A DNA stretch of 64,000 nucleotides from Escherichia coli O157:H7. Its GTDB lineage: Bacteria; Pseudomonadota; Gammaproteobacteria; Enterobacterales; Enterobacteriaceae. Positions 12,401-22,450 of the stretch are shown here, piece after piece. The notes below the pieces were generated by a model. The model searched no databases, was not told the DNA's origin, and saw only the letters and a program-made list of their open reading frames with translations. Both the position numbers and the translations under genes were made by a program. The DNA is taken from assembly GCF_013167455.1 (NCBI RefSeq), contig NZ_CP038328.1; one strand, written 5' to 3'. Positions within the stretch are counted from its first letter, which is position 1. Every line of letters begins with the position of its first letter.

Positions 12401-13291
12401 TCAGGCTGCCAGATCATCGTTTCCGATGGAAGCATAATAAGCTTTTTCTGCTTCTGCCGGAGGAGTATGGCCCAGCCTTCCCAGCAATCGTCGATTGTTA
12501 TACCAGTCCACCCACGTTAGTGTGGCCAGTTCCACTTCTGCACGGTTTTTCCAGCTCTTACGGTGTATTACCTCCGCTTTGTAAAGACCATTGATGCTCT
12601 CAGCCATCGCGTTGTCATACGAGTCGCCTGTACTCCCTGTTGATGCCAGTAATCCGGCTTCTTTTAGTCGCTCCGTATAGGCCAGTGACACATACTGAGA
12701 GCCTTTATCGCTGTGATGGATGGTGCCAGACGGACGACGGGCCCACAACGCCTGCTCCAGCGCATCCAGCACGAATGTCGTTTCCATAGACGATGAGACC
12801 CGCCACCCCACGATGTATCCGGCAAACACATCAATGATAAACGCCACATAGACGAAGCCCTGCCATGTGCTGACGTAAGTAAAATCAGCCACCCACAGCT
12901 GGTCAGGTCGTTCTGCCACGAACTGACGGTTTACGCGGTCGCCTGCGGCAACGGCTTTCCGGCTGATGGTCGTACGGACCTTTTTACCCCGGAGAACACC
13001 GGCAAGTCCCATAACCGCCATGAGACGTGCCACTGTACATCTGGCCACCCTGATTCCTTCCCGTAACAACTGACGCCAGACTTTACGCACACCGTACACC
13101 TGATGATTTTCATCGTATACGCGCTGTATCTCTCTCTTCAGCCAGTCGTCGTGCTGCGCACGGGCACTGCGTTTATCCGGATGATGTCGCTGTTGCTGAC
13201 AATGGTAATACGTTGACGGGGCAATATGCAGTTCGCTGCATACCGGTCCGACCCCGTACTGCTCACGCAGCTTATCCAGCAGTGGCATCAT
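12401..13291 (-). CDS. IS3-family transposase OrfB (DDE integrase domain)
   Basis: 296 aa, [16 protein letters not shown]...; rve-type catalytic domain recognised. Confidence 0.85.
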   Translation of the reverse strand: MMPLLDKLREQYGVGPVCSELHIAPSTYYHCQQQRHHPDKRSARAQHDDWLKREIQRVYDENHQVYGVRKVWRQLLREGIRVARCTVARLMAVMGLAGVLRGKKVRTTISRKAVAAGDRVNRQFVAERPDQLWVADFTYVSTWQGFVYVAFIIDVFAGYIVGWRVSSSMETTFVLDALEQALWARRPSGTIHHSDKGSQYVSLAYTERLKEAGLLASTGSTGDSYDNAMAESINGLYKAEVIHRKSWKNRAEVELATLTWVDWYNNRRLLGRLGHTPPAEAEKAYYASIGNDDLAA

Positions 13292-13614
13292 TTTTTCCAG
13301 AGGCGGTCGAACTCCGCCTTCGCAAAATAAGCGGAAGCCTGGCGAAGGATATCGTTACTGCGGCGCAGTTCACGATTTTCACGTTCCAGCTCTTTCAGAC
13401 GCTGACGTTCAGCGCTGGTGAGCCCACCATCACCGCCCCCGGTATCCCGCTCATGCTGGCGAACCCAGACACGCAGAGTCTCCGGCGTACAGCCAATCTT
13501 TGGGGCAATGGAACAAATTGCCGCCCACTGTGAGTCATATTCATCCTGACTTTCCAGAACCATACGAATCGCCCGCTGACGGACTTCGGGGGAAAAACGA
13601 GTATTTTTAGTCAT
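13288..13614 (-). CDS. IS3-family transposase OrfA (HTH / leucine zipper)
   Basis: 108 aa, [22 protein letters not shown]...; overlaps orfB as expected for a -1 frameshift fusion. Confidence 0.85.
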   Translation of the reverse strand: MTKNTRFSPEVRQRAIRMVLESQDEYDSQWAAICSIAPKIGCTPETLRVWVRQHERDTGGGDGGLTSAERQRLKELERENRELRRSNDILRQASAYFAKAEFDRLWKK

Positions 13615-13668
13615 CCTGTTTACCTCTTTCTCAGGGAGTTTAGTCTCCAGGATTTCCGGGGCGGTTCA

Positions 13669-14354
13669 ACACGATGGCTGAGGCGATTACCTACCGCCAG
13701 AAATTCAACGAACGTGAGGTGATGCTCTTATGGCCTGACTTCATCGCCTACAACCTGAAAAGTGGCAAAAACGAAACGTTCCCCGCGCCTGCTTATGCGT
13801 GCGGCCTTCGTGCGTACATTGACCATGAGCAGGGCTGGCACAAATCGCTGTCCAACGTTCCGGTTAAAAATGTGCTTGGGATGTCGAGGCATGTGTTCTG
13901 GTCGTTGCAGGCCGAAGACAGTGATGCCAACAGCCTCAACAACAAAGAAATCACGACCATTATTCGTCGCAACGGGTTCCGCTTCTGGGGCAACCGCACA
14001 CCGGAAACGAACGCCTACATCTTTGAGGTGTATACCCGAACCGCACAGGTGCTGGCTGATTCAATTGCGGAAGCGCAGTTTGAAACCATCGACAGTCCAC
14101 TGACACCTGCGAACGTGAAGGATGTTATCAGTGCCATCAGGGCAAAACTGGATTCACTGGTTACTGCCGGGAAACTGATTGGCGCGGAGTGCTGGTATGA
14201 CATCGAGGATAACAGCACCACGAATTTACGTCAGGGGCGTGTGCGTATTCGCTACAAATATACGCCCGTTCCTCCGCTGGAAGACATGGAGCTTTACCAG
14301 TCGTTTACTGATGAATTCTTTGGTCCCGCATTTGCGGTGCTGGGAGGTGCCTGA
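13669..14354 (+). pseudogene. P2 FI-like contractile tail sheath, C-terminal fragment (5' end cut off by IS629 copy 1)
   Basis: 226 codons continuing straight from the IS junction; resembles the sheath C-terminus; a full sheath is ~390 aa. Confidence 0.7.
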
Positions 14355-14866
14355 TGGCTGTACCAAAACATCTTCGCTTTTTTACGCTGTTTGTGGATGG
14401 TGAAAACGAAGTGGGTAAGGTGACGTCCGTCACCCTGCCTAAACTGACGCGCAAAACCGACAGCTACCGGGGTGGTGGCATGATGGGTGCGGTAAGTATT
14501 GACCTCGGCCTGGACGACTCCGCGCTTGATGCGAGCTTTGTCATGGGGGGCGCAGTTCGTGAGCTGTTCCTGAAGTATGGCGGCACGATTGACGGCACGC
14601 TACTGCGTTTTGCGGGGGAATACTACACCGATGATGAAAGCGACCTGTATGAAGTCGAAATGCGCGGACGTGTGACGGAAATTGATATGGGGGAAGCCAA
14701 ACAGGGCGAAGCCACATCACACACTTACGCCATTAAAAACACCTACTACAAGCTGAGTGTTAACGATCGCCCGTTGTGGGAGATTGACCTGCTGAACTTC
14801 ATTTACCGGAAGGACGGCAAGGACATTGTGCCCGATCGCATCCGTTCCGCGCTTGGGCTTGGCTGA
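14354..14866 (+). CDS. P2 FII-like tail tube protein
   Basis: 170 aa; TLPKLTRK...YRGGGMMGA...DLGLDD motif pattern of P2 FII. Confidence 0.8.
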   Translation: MAVPKHLRFFTLFVDGENEVGKVTSVTLPKLTRKTDSYRGGGMMGAVSIDLGLDDSALDASFVMGGAVRELFLKYGGTIDGTLLRFAGEYYTDDESDLYEVEMRGRVTEIDMGEAKQGEATSHTYAIKNTYYKLSVNDRPLWEIDLLNFIYRKDGKDIVPDRIRSALGLG

Positions 14867-14920
14867 TAAGTAATATGCAGGCGGCGCAGTGCGTCGCCTC
14901 TGACTGAAAGGAGTTTCCTG

Positions 14921-15450
14921 ATGAAAGAGACGAAAAACATCGATACCGAAAACACGGTAGTTACTGACACTGTGAAAGAAACCAGTGAGCGTGGTGTAAA
15001 ACTTACCCAACCAATTGAGCGAGGCGGCGAAAAAATCACGTATGTGGAGATCACCGGGGCTATTGAGCAGGCTGGATCTCTGCGAGATTTGTCGCTGTCT
15101 GATGTGCTGAATCTGAAAGCGGAATCCATGTTTACGCTGCTGTCACGCGTGACATCACCGCGACTGGATGAAGTGACGATCAAAAAAATGGCATCCCGTG
15201 ACTTTATTCAGTTATGTGTGGTTGCCGTAAATTTTTTGAGCGGTGCGGACTCTGGCGGGAAGAACGAACAGGCGACGGAAGCCTGATCACGGTTGTGTGC
15301 TTTGAGCACATAGAAGACTTTGTGGCAGATATTGCCGTTATTTTTAACTGGTCGCCCGCCGAAATCTTCATGATGACGCCCGGCGAAGTGGTTAGCTGGC
15401 GTGAGCGGGCGGCACTTCGCAGCGGGAATGCAGACAATGAAGACTCTTGA
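14921..15450 (+). CDS. tail assembly chaperone GpE and its -1 frameshift product E+E' (slippery T TTT TTG at 15232-15238)
   Basis: E frame ends at 15286; an overlapping -1 frame ORF (15214-15450) begins at the TTTTTTG heptamer, the conserved P2 E/E' recoding arrangement just upstream of the tape measure gene. Confidence 0.65.
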
Positions 15451-17527
15451 TATCCGGGTCGCTTTCAGCGCCGTTGACAGGCTGACCCGACCTGCCGAAA
15501 ACGCACGCCGCCTGATGGGGCAGTTTGGTGACTCCATCCAGCGAACGCAGGGGGCGATCAAAAATCTCGAGCGTCAGGCGCGATCATTTGAGCGCGCCCG
15601 CGACGCTGTCAGTAAAGCGGATGCTGGCATCGTGAAAGCACGACGCCAGCTTAACGCCCTTAATCAGTTACAACGCACGGGTACAGTGCTCAGCGAAAAA
15701 CAACAAAAGCTGATGCAGCAGTTAAGCACCCGGCTTGAACGCCTGAATGAATCGCGCACACGGGAAATTCAGAAAATGAGGGAACTTGGCGGAGAGCTGA
15801 AACGCCACGGCATTTCCCTGACAGGCAGCGATAACACCATTCAGCAGGCCATCAGACGCACCGAACAATACAACAACCAGCTTGAACGCGAACGGCAGGC
15901 GCTTGCGCGTGTAACGCAGGCGCGTGAGCGGTATTCGCACGCGCAGGAAACCGCGGGAAAACTGAAAACAGGTGGTGCGCTGGCAATTGGTGCGGCAGCG
16001 GCGGGCGGCTATGCTGCCGGGCGTTTTTTGCAGCCTGCGATCGGGTTCGGCAAAGAGATGTCCCGCGTTCAGGCACTGACGCGAATCGACAAAAACAGCC
16101 CGCAGTTTAAGGCGCTGCGTGAGCAGGCGTTAAAACTTGCTGAAACACAGTTTACTGCGAGTGATGCCGCCAGTGGGCAGAGCTTTCTGGCAATGGCTGG
16201 TTTTACTCCGCAGGCCATTCAGGCCGCATTGCCCGGTGTTCTTAATATGGCGCTGGCAGGTGGCGTCGAACTCGGCGAGACGGCTGATATAGGCTCCAAT
16301 ATCCTCACACAGTTCAACCTGACAGCCGATCAAATGGACCGGGTGGGCGATACGCTGACAGCAGCATTTACCCGGACCAATACTGATTTACGCGCGCTGG
16401 GCGAAACCATGAAGTATACCGGTCCGGTTGCCGCAAAACTTGGTATCAGTCTTGAAGAAGCGGCGGCCATGGCCGGGATGCTTGCCAATAATGGTCTTCG
16501 CGGAAGCGATGCTGGCACGGCCATGCGCGCAAGTCTGTCCCGCCTTGCATCACCGCCAAAAGCTGCGGCTGATGCACTGAAAGAGCTGGGGGTGTCAGTT
16601 GCTGACGCCAGAGGCAAAATGCGCCCGATGGAGGATGTGCTGCTTGATCTCTATAAGGCGACACAAAAATACGGACAGGTGGACCAGGTCTCCTTCTTCA
16701 AGGACATCGCCGGAGAAGAGGCGTTCGTTGGTTTGCAGACGCTTGTTGCGGCGGCTGGTTCAGGAGAGCTGCAAAAACTGACCAGAGAATTGCAGGGGGC
16801 AAGGGGAGAGGCCGATCGCGTCGCAAAAGTAATGGCTGATAATCTTGATGGGGACCTGAAAAATCTCGACAGCGCATGGGAAGGTCTTCGTATTCGCATC
16901 AGTGATCTGGTTGACGGTCCGCTGCGTTCTGTCACGCAGTGGCTCACGCGGGTGCTTGAAAAAATCACCTCGCTGGCGCAGGCCCATCCGGTACTGACGC
17001 GCCAGCTACTGATAGCAGGCGGTGCGTTGCTGGCAATGACTGCAACGATTGGCTCGTTGTCGCTGGTTATTGGGGTGCTTTACGGGAAGCTGGCCACCCT
17101 GCGTCTTGGTTTTGACATTCTTACCCGGTCAATGAATGTCGTCAGGGTGTTACCTGCGCTATGGGGAATGGTGACGGGTTCCGTTTCTTTACTGGGAGGC
17201 GTTATCGGGGCGTTGTTCAGTCCGGTTGGTCTTATCGTGGCTGCGCTTGCCGGAGCTGCCGTTCTTATCTGGAAATACTGGGATCCTATCAGGGCTTTCT
17301 TTGCCGGGGTGTTCAGCGGGATTATGGAAAGGCTGACCCCGTTGCGCGACACCTTTGAACGGTTTGGCCCTGTTTTTGACGTAATCGGAAGCGGTTCAGC
17401 CAGGTGTTTAACTGGTTTAAATCGCTGCTGTCACCGATGGAGTCCAGCAAGGAAACGCTGGATAAATGTACCAGTGCTGGCGAGGTATTCGGTAACGTTC
17501 TTGGTGGTGCGTTACAGCTTGTTCTGA
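15401..17527 (+). CDS. tail tape measure protein (GpT-like), N-terminal reading frame
   Basis: 708 codons, coiled-coil rich with hydrophobic segments; position after E/E'. Frame changes near 17380-17527. Confidence 0.75.
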   Translation: MSGRHFAAGMQTMKTLDIRVAFSAVDRLTRPAENARRLMGQFGDSIQRTQGAIKNLERQARSFERARDAVSKADAGIVKARRQLNALNQLQRTGTVLSEKQQKLMQQLSTRLERLNESRTREIQKMRELGGELKRHGISLTGSDNTIQQAIRRTEQYNNQLERERQALARVTQARERYSHAQETAGKLKTGGALAIGAAAAGGYAAGRFLQPAIGFGKEMSRVQALTRIDKNSPQFKALREQALKLAETQFTASDAASGQSFLAMAGFTPQAIQAALPGVLNMALAGGVELGETADIGSNILTQFNLTADQMDRVGDTLTAAFTRTNTDLRALGETMKYTGPVAAKLGISLEEAAAMAGMLANNGLRGSDAGTAMRASLSRLASPPKAAADALKELGVSVADARGKMRPMEDVLLDLYKATQKYGQVDQVSFFKDIAGEEAFVGLQTLVAAAGSGELQKLTRELQGARGEADRVAKVMADNLDGDLKNLDSAWEGLRIRISDLVDGPLRSVTQWLTRVLEKITSLAQAHPVLTRQLLIAGGALLAMTATIGSLSLVIGVLYGKLATLRLGFDILTRSMNVVRVLPALWGMVTGSVSLLGGVIGALFSPVGLIVAALAGAAVLIWKYWDPIRAFFAGVFSGIMERLTPLRDTFERFGPVFDVIGSGSARCLTGLNRCCHRWSPARKRWINVPVLARYSVTFLVVRYSLF

Positions 17528-18240
17528 CGCCTGCAAAAATGTTGCTGGATACGCTGGCGTGGATACTTGAAAAACTCGGTGTGCTTCCGGATGAAGCGGA
17601 AAGGGCGCGCAAGAAAATCGAAGACGCACAACGTGCGGCCATTCTTCAGGACAAGGTTGCTCTGTTTCAGGGAGACATTGCGAAAATCAATCCGCCGAAG
17701 TCTGCGGGAAATAGCAATGGCACCGGAGATGATAAACCCAAAGACAACAAACCTCTCACAGACAGCAATACCGGCACGCTACGCAGACTCAGCAAAATTG
17801 CTGATAACACAGGTAAGCTGGTTGATGAGACAAAAAAACGCATTGGCCCCGGCGATATTGTCTTTAAGAACCTGCCCCGCGCACTTGCTGTTCGTGGGGA
17901 GTGGCAGGAGCGGAAGATTGCGCAGGTCAGTAAGCCTGCCCCCGCAATTAATATCACACCCGTGGTCCCGGCTCCGCTGCCTCCGGCGCTGGTCCCTGTT
18001 GTTGCGGCCAGCTCCCGCCCGGTGGTGGAGGCCATACGATCGCCAGTGGCATCAGTTCCTGCAACTTCCCGTAACCGGGAGCCTGTTGCCTCCGGATTTG
18101 GCGGTGAAATTCATGTTCATCTGCATAACGTTGTTACGCAGAATCCCCGCGAACTGGCGAAACTGGTCGGCGAAATGGTCAGGGCAGAAATGGAACGGCG
18201 CGCCCGTGCCAGGCGTGGCAGTTTTTACGATAAAGATTGA
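17404..18240 (+). CDS. tail tape measure protein, C-terminal segment in a different frame (apparent frameshift)
   Basis: 278 codons in the +2 frame relative to the upstream part; this frame opens after a stop at 17377-17379. Confidence 0.6.
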   Translation: MFNWFKSLLSPMESSKETLDKCTSAGEVFGNVLGGALQLVLTPAKMLLDTLAWILEKLGVLPDEAERARKKIEDAQRAAILQDKVALFQGDIAKINPPKSAGNSNGTGDDKPKDNKPLTDSNTGTLRRLSKIADNTGKLVDETKKRIGPGDIVFKNLPRALAVRGEWQERKIAQVSKPAPAINITPVVPAPLPPALVPVVAASSRPVVEAIRSPVASVPATSRNREPVASGFGGEIHVHLHNVVTQNPRELAKLVGEMVRAEMERRARARRGSFYDKD

Positions 18241-18246
18241 GGAGTC

Positions 18247-18741
18247 ATGGCCATGATGATGATCTACGGCATGTTTGTTTTTGAGCTGCGCACGTTGCCG
18301 CATCAGCAGTTACAGCAAAACAAAAGCTGGCGACATGTGAAAAATGAACGCGTTAACCGTTCAGCAAGCTGGCAGTATATCGGTGCAGGTGATGATCGCA
18401 TCGTTCTTTCTGGTGTTCTTTATCCTGAGATTACTGGTGGCGAAGTGTCGCTGTCGTTGTTGACCACGCAGGCATATACAGGACGTCCTTGGCCTTTGAT
18501 TGATGGCGTCGGGCAGATTTACGGCATGTATGTCCTGACCGGAACGAATACGACCCGCTCCGAGTTTGATCGCTACGGTAAGGCGAAAAAGATAGAATTT
18601 TCACTGACTCTTGAACGCTGTGATGAGGATTTGCGGGAGCGCCTGCAATCCTCATCGTTCAGCGATATGCTGTCCGGCTTCAAAGATAAGGTGACATCAT
18701 CCCTTAATAGCGCGGCCAGCTCAGTTAAGGGGCTGCTCTGA
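18247..18741 (+). CDS. P2 GpU-like tail protein
   Basis: 164 aa; MMMIYGMFVFELRTLPHQQLQ... resembles P2 U. Confidence 0.8.
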   Translation: MAMMMIYGMFVFELRTLPHQQLQQNKSWRHVKNERVNRSASWQYIGAGDDRIVLSGVLYPEITGGEVSLSLLTTQAYTGRPWPLIDGVGQIYGMYVLTGTNTTRSEFDRYGKAKKIEFSLTLERCDEDLRERLQSSSFSDMLSGFKDKVTSSLNSAASSVKGLL

Positions 18742-18864
18742 TTTAACGTATGTCGCCAATTTCCTGATGAAGGTGACTGGCGACTTGCTGTTGTATGTCC
18801 TTCTCAGAAAATTGTTTTTGAATAACAAATAACAGGATTTTATAATCTCTTAACCTTATAACAT

Positions 18865-19470
18865 GTGTGGTCTGAAATAATAATTAAGGAGATTATCGTG
18901 CTATCTTACTTAATGGCAATTCACTTTGTTTTATTTGGAAACTCTACTAATTTAAAAAACTTCTGGAAACATGAAGTAATTCGGCGGAAACGTATGGATA
19001 TCTGGAGGCTTTTAAGAGAGAAAAAGCAGCGTAACCGGAATTTCCTTTTCTGGTGGCGGTTGGCTAACGAAATGTATATTAATGGTAATAAATTACATAA
19101 GAAAGCAGCCAAAAAGTTAAACAGTAAAATAATTAACAAGTTTGGTTGTGAAATAGGATTGGGCGCAAATATTGGAAAAGGGTTGACAATTCCCCATCAT
19201 GCTGGAATTGTTGTTCATTTTGCTGTTGATGCGGGTGAAAATCTGGTATTACGACAGAATACTACCATTGGACAGATAGATGGTGATATGCCTAGTTCAA
19301 GAGTAAAAATTGGTAGTAACGTTGATATCGGAGCTAATTGTTGCATCATTGGATTATCACGTAAAATTGGGGATAATGTAAAAATAGGTGCAATGTCTTT
19401 TATAAATAAAGATATACCATCAAACTGCACATATATAACTAAAAAGAGTGGTGTTGTATTGTATAAATAG
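18865..19470 (+). CDS. left-handed beta-helix (hexapeptide-repeat) O-acetyltransferase, CysE/WcaB/NeuO-like (prophage cargo)
   Basis: Hexapeptide repeats (IGANIGKG...IGSNVDIGANCCIIG...IGDNVKIGAMS); strongly AT-rich; the true start may be an internal Met. Confidence 0.65.
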   Translation: MWSEIIIKEIIVLSYLMAIHFVLFGNSTNLKNFWKHEVIRRKRMDIWRLLREKKQRNRNFLFWWRLANEMYINGNKLHKKAAKKLNSKIINKFGCEIGLGANIGKGLTIPHHAGIVVHFAVDAGENLVLRQNTTIGQIDGDMPSSRVKIGSNVDIGANCCIIGLSRKIGDNVKIGAMSFINKDIPSNCTYITKKSGVVLYK

Positions 19471-19513
19471 AGTACATAAAGCCATCGATATTTCTGTCGA
19501 TGGCTTTTTCTTT

Positions 19514-19930
19514 TTATTGTGGGGCGACTGGCCACTCAACATCCGCTGCTACTGTTGTATCAACACGATTCAACAATACCCGATATGTCTTCCATGCAGC
19601 CAGTAACGATGCCTCTTCCTCCGTCGCAATATCCAAATCTACGGCATCCTGAAGTGGCGCAATATGCTCACTGGCTACCTGCATCAGGCTGTTTTTTGTT
19701 TCTTCTGCCTCCCGTACCCGAAACAGTTTTTCTGCTTCTGCATCTTTCGCCCAGGATGTGCCGTTCCACTTCTGACACTCTCCATCCGGCGACAACCAGG
19801 TAACATTTTCCGGTAACGGACCGAGTTCAGAAATAAATAACGCGTCGCCGGAAGCCACGTCATAAACCGTTTTACCCCGATGATCTTCAACGAGATGCCA
19901 CGATGCCTCATTACTGTTGAAAACAGCCAC
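19514..19930 (-). CDS. tail fibre assembly protein (Tfa family), 5'-truncated; the reading frame continues upstream to 20046 without a start
   Basis: C-terminal Tfa region recognised; the upstream frame 19931-20046 translates [38 protein letters not shown] and runs into IS629 copy 2. Confidence 0.75.
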   Translation of the reverse strand: MAVFNSNEASWHLVEDHRGKTVYDVASGDALFISELGPLPENVTWLSPDGECQKWNGTSWAKDAEAEKLFRVREAEETKNSLMQVASEHIAPLQDAVDLDIATEEEASLLAAWKTYRVLLNRVDTTVAADVEWPVAPQ

Positions 19931-20046
19931 GAAGCCAGCCGGAATATCTGGCGGTGCAATATCGGTACTGTTTGCTGGCAGACCTGTATGAGGCGGAATG
20001 TATGCGTCACCTTCACCAATAAATTCATTAGTTCCGGCCAGCAGAT

Positions 20047-21104
20047 TGAACCGCCCCGGGAATCCTGGAGACTAAACTCCCTGAGAAAGAGGTAAACAGG
20101 ATGACTAAAAATACACGTTTTTCCCCCGAGGTCCGTCAACGGGCAGTCCGTATGGTTCTGGAAAGTCAGGGCGAATATGACTCACAATGGGCGGCAATTT
20201 GTTCCATTGCCCCAAAGATTGGCTGTACACCAGAGACTCTGCGTGTGTGGGTTCGTCAGCATGAGCGGGATACCGGGGGCGGTGATGGTGGACTCACCAC
20301 CGCTGAACGTCAGCGTCTGAAAGAGCTGGAACGTGAAAATCGTGAACTGCGCCGCAGTAACGATATCCTTCGCCAGGCTTCCGCTTATTTTGCGAAGGCG
20401 GAGTTCGACCGCCTCTGGAAAAAATAATGCCGCTGCTGGATAAGCTGCGTGAGCAGTACGGGGTCGGACCGGTATGCAGTGAACTGCATATTGCCCCGTC
20501 AACGGATTACCACTGTCAGCAACAGCGACATCATCCGGATAAACGCAGTGCCCGTGCGCAGCGCGATGACTGGCTGAAGAGAGAGATACAGCGCGTATAC
20601 GATGAAAATCATCAGGTGTACGGTGTGCGTAAAGTCTGGCGCCAGTTGTTACGCGAAGGTATCAGGGTGGCCAGATGTACAGTGGCGCGCCTCATGGCGG
20701 TTATGGGACTTGCCGGTGTTCTCCGGGGTAAAAAGGTCCGTACTACCGTCAGCCGGAAAGCCGTTTCCGCAGGCGACCGCGTAAACCGTCAGTTCGTGGC
20801 AGAACGTCCTGACCAGCTGTGGGTGGCTGATTTTACTTACGTCAGCACATGGCAGGGCTTCGTCTATGTGGCGTTCATCATTGATGTGTTTTCCGGATGT
20901 ATCGTGGGGTGGCGAGTCTCATCGTCTATGGAAACGACATTCGTGCTGGATGCACTGGAGCAGGCGTTGTGGGCCCGTCGGCCGTCCGGCACAGTCCATC
21001 ACAGTGATAAAGGTTCTCAGTATGTATCACTGGCCTATACGGAGCGACTAAAAGAAGCAAAACTGCTGGCATCAACAGGGAGTACAGGTGACTCGTATGA
21101 CAAT
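20047..21104 (+). mobile_element. IS3-family IS629-like element, copy 2, 3'-truncated (~1058 of ~1310 bp), inverted relative to copy 1
   Basis: Left IR TGAACCGCCCCGGGAATCCTGGAG at 20047; similarity to copy 1 stops after ...gactcgtatgacaa (~21104). Confidence 0.85.
20101..20427 (+). CDS. IS3-family transposase OrfA
   Basis: 108 aa, nearly identical to copy 1 OrfA (a few substitutions). Confidence 0.85.
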   Translation: MTKNTRFSPEVRQRAVRMVLESQGEYDSQWAAICSIAPKIGCTPETLRVWVRQHERDTGGGDGGLTTAERQRLKELERENRELRRSNDILRQASAYFAKAEFDRLWKK

Positions 21105-21116
21105 GTATTTTATTAG
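20427..21116 (+). pseudogene. IS3-family transposase OrfB, C-terminally truncated
   Basis: 229 codons versus 296 in copy 1; diverges after ...[11 protein letters not shown]. Confidence 0.8.
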
Positions 21117-21135
21117 TTCACATACAATTATCAGA

Positions 21136-21450
21136 TTATTCTGGGAATAAGGTCTGAATATTCTTTTTTATTTTATAAAAATTGCATTCAACTCCGCTAG
21201 GCTGATTAGCCTGGTATGTTTCCTTGATGCTAACGGTATTGAAGGGGAGGTTGTCCTCTGGCCATTCGGCCATCCAGTAGGCAAATGCTGGGTTGCGCTT
21301 TATGAGTGCTAGCCCAGCCAGAAAGGCCGCGCGTTGCGCGCGGCTGCGTTCGGAGGCTGGCAGGCTATCGAGGTAATTGCACGCCTCCTGTTCACTCTTG
21401 ACGGCGGCGGGCTTCAGATAGAAACTTATCCGTCTGGTTGGTGTCGTCAT
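21136..21450 (-). CDS. ParR/StbB-like centromere-binding adaptor of a type II partition system
   Basis: 104 aa; RRISFYLKP...LDSLPASERSRAQRAAFLAGLALIKRNP resembles plasmid R1 ParR (recalled from memory). Confidence 0.65.
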   Translation of the reverse strand: MTTPTRRISFYLKPAAVKSEQEACNYLDSLPASERSRAQRAAFLAGLALIKRNPAFAYWMAEWPEDNLPFNTVSIKETYQANQPSGVECNFYKIKKNIQTLFPE

Positions 21451-21454
21451 TGGT

Positions 21455-22414
21455 TTACTCCTTGTTCATTGCGTACAACCCATTAACCAGAGCAAACTGT
21501 GGCACCCCGTCCGCGATGAAAGTCGCATTAACTCCGCAGGCTTCGCGGATAGCGGTTGCCACAATCTCCGCCCCGCCACCGACAACCATCACCCGCCCGT
21601 AACCCGAAAAAACCGCCAGCGCGCGGATCACGCGTTGTTTCAGTGTTTCTTCCTTTTCACGAATAACCGCCATCAGGCTGGCGTAATGCGCGTCATTGTG
21701 GATGTGCTGGCGCAGCCAGGCTTCATCATGGCGATGTTCGATAATGGTATTGGCGATGTGGTGACTGGTGCGCATACCGTTAGTGGCCATCACCGACAGT
21801 ACGGCATCGGCCATCAGAGAAACGCCTACGTGTGGATCGCAAAACACCTGGCTGATACCTGCCAGTTGCCCCTGAACCTTTGCCACATCCAGCGTGGTTC
21901 CGCCCAAATCCACAATCAGCAGGGATTCAAACGGACTCATGTCAGCCAGTGCCTTAAAGCCAGCAGGAATGGATTCAGGCATAACCCGTACGTTACGGAT
22001 AGTGAATGCTTCGCCGTTCTGGTACTCCACCGGGCGCATGACGTTCGCTTTTTTGCGGTTGATGTTGGCCATGTCCGGCTGTGCGTTTGTATCGAAATAC
22101 TCGCTCAGTGGCAGGGTGACAACCACATCCACTTCCTGTGGTGTGATGCCTGATTTGACCAGCGCGTGATGAATGGCAATTACATTCACATCGCTGTACT
22201 GGTATTGCGTGTCGGTCGTCTGGACAAAGCGATCGCTGACCGGATCAAAACCATAGCGCACGCCATCAAGCATGTAGTTCGCGGGCTGCGTGCCACCGAA
22301 TGGCGCAGACCATTCCGACTTGAAGCTGTTCGGGCTGATGGCGTTGCGGCGTTCGCCGTTCTCAGTCCATGCCAGCTTGATGTTGGTGGAGCCGTCGTCG
22401 ATACAAATTTTCAT
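21455..22414 (-). CDS. ParM/StbA-like actin-family partition ATPase
   Basis: 319 aa; actin-fold motifs IDDGSTNIK (phosphate 1), LIVDLGGTTLD (phosphate 2), VMVVGGGA (adenosine). Confidence 0.75.
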   Translation of the reverse strand: MKICIDDGSTNIKLAWTENGERRNAISPNSFKSEWSAPFGGTQPANYMLDGVRYGFDPVSDRFVQTTDTQYQYSDVNVIAIHHALVKSGITPQEVDVVVTLPLSEYFDTNAQPDMANINRKKANVMRPVEYQNGEAFTIRNVRVMPESIPAGFKALADMSPFESLLIVDLGGTTLDVAKVQGQLAGISQVFCDPHVGVSLMADAVLSVMATNGMRTSHHIANTIIEHRHDEAWLRQHIHNDAHYASLMAVIREKEETLKQRVIRALAVFSGYGRVMVVGGGAEIVATAIREACGVNATFIADGVPQFALVNGLYAMNKE

Positions 22415-22450
22415 GTCGCTTTTCCTTATGTTGATTAATTAATCGGTTAC

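Larger units (their letters stand above)
12358..13668 (-). mobile_element. IS3-family insertion sequence, IS629/IS1203-like, full length (~1311 bp), copy 1
   Basis: Terminal repeats TGAACCGCCCCGG at both ends (12358 and the reverse complement at 13668); OrfA and OrfB intact. Confidence 0.85.

Noticed and set aside
18865-18960. Phase-variable heptanucleotide repeat tract at the 5' end of the acetyltransferase gene (as in NeuO)
   Set aside because: Inspected the 5' region and found no tandem heptamer repeats.
19684-20139. 151-aa minus-strand ORF spanning the tfa 5' region and the IS629 copy 2 left end
   Set aside because: Wrong frame relative to the recognisable Tfa translation, and it crosses the IS boundary; artefact.
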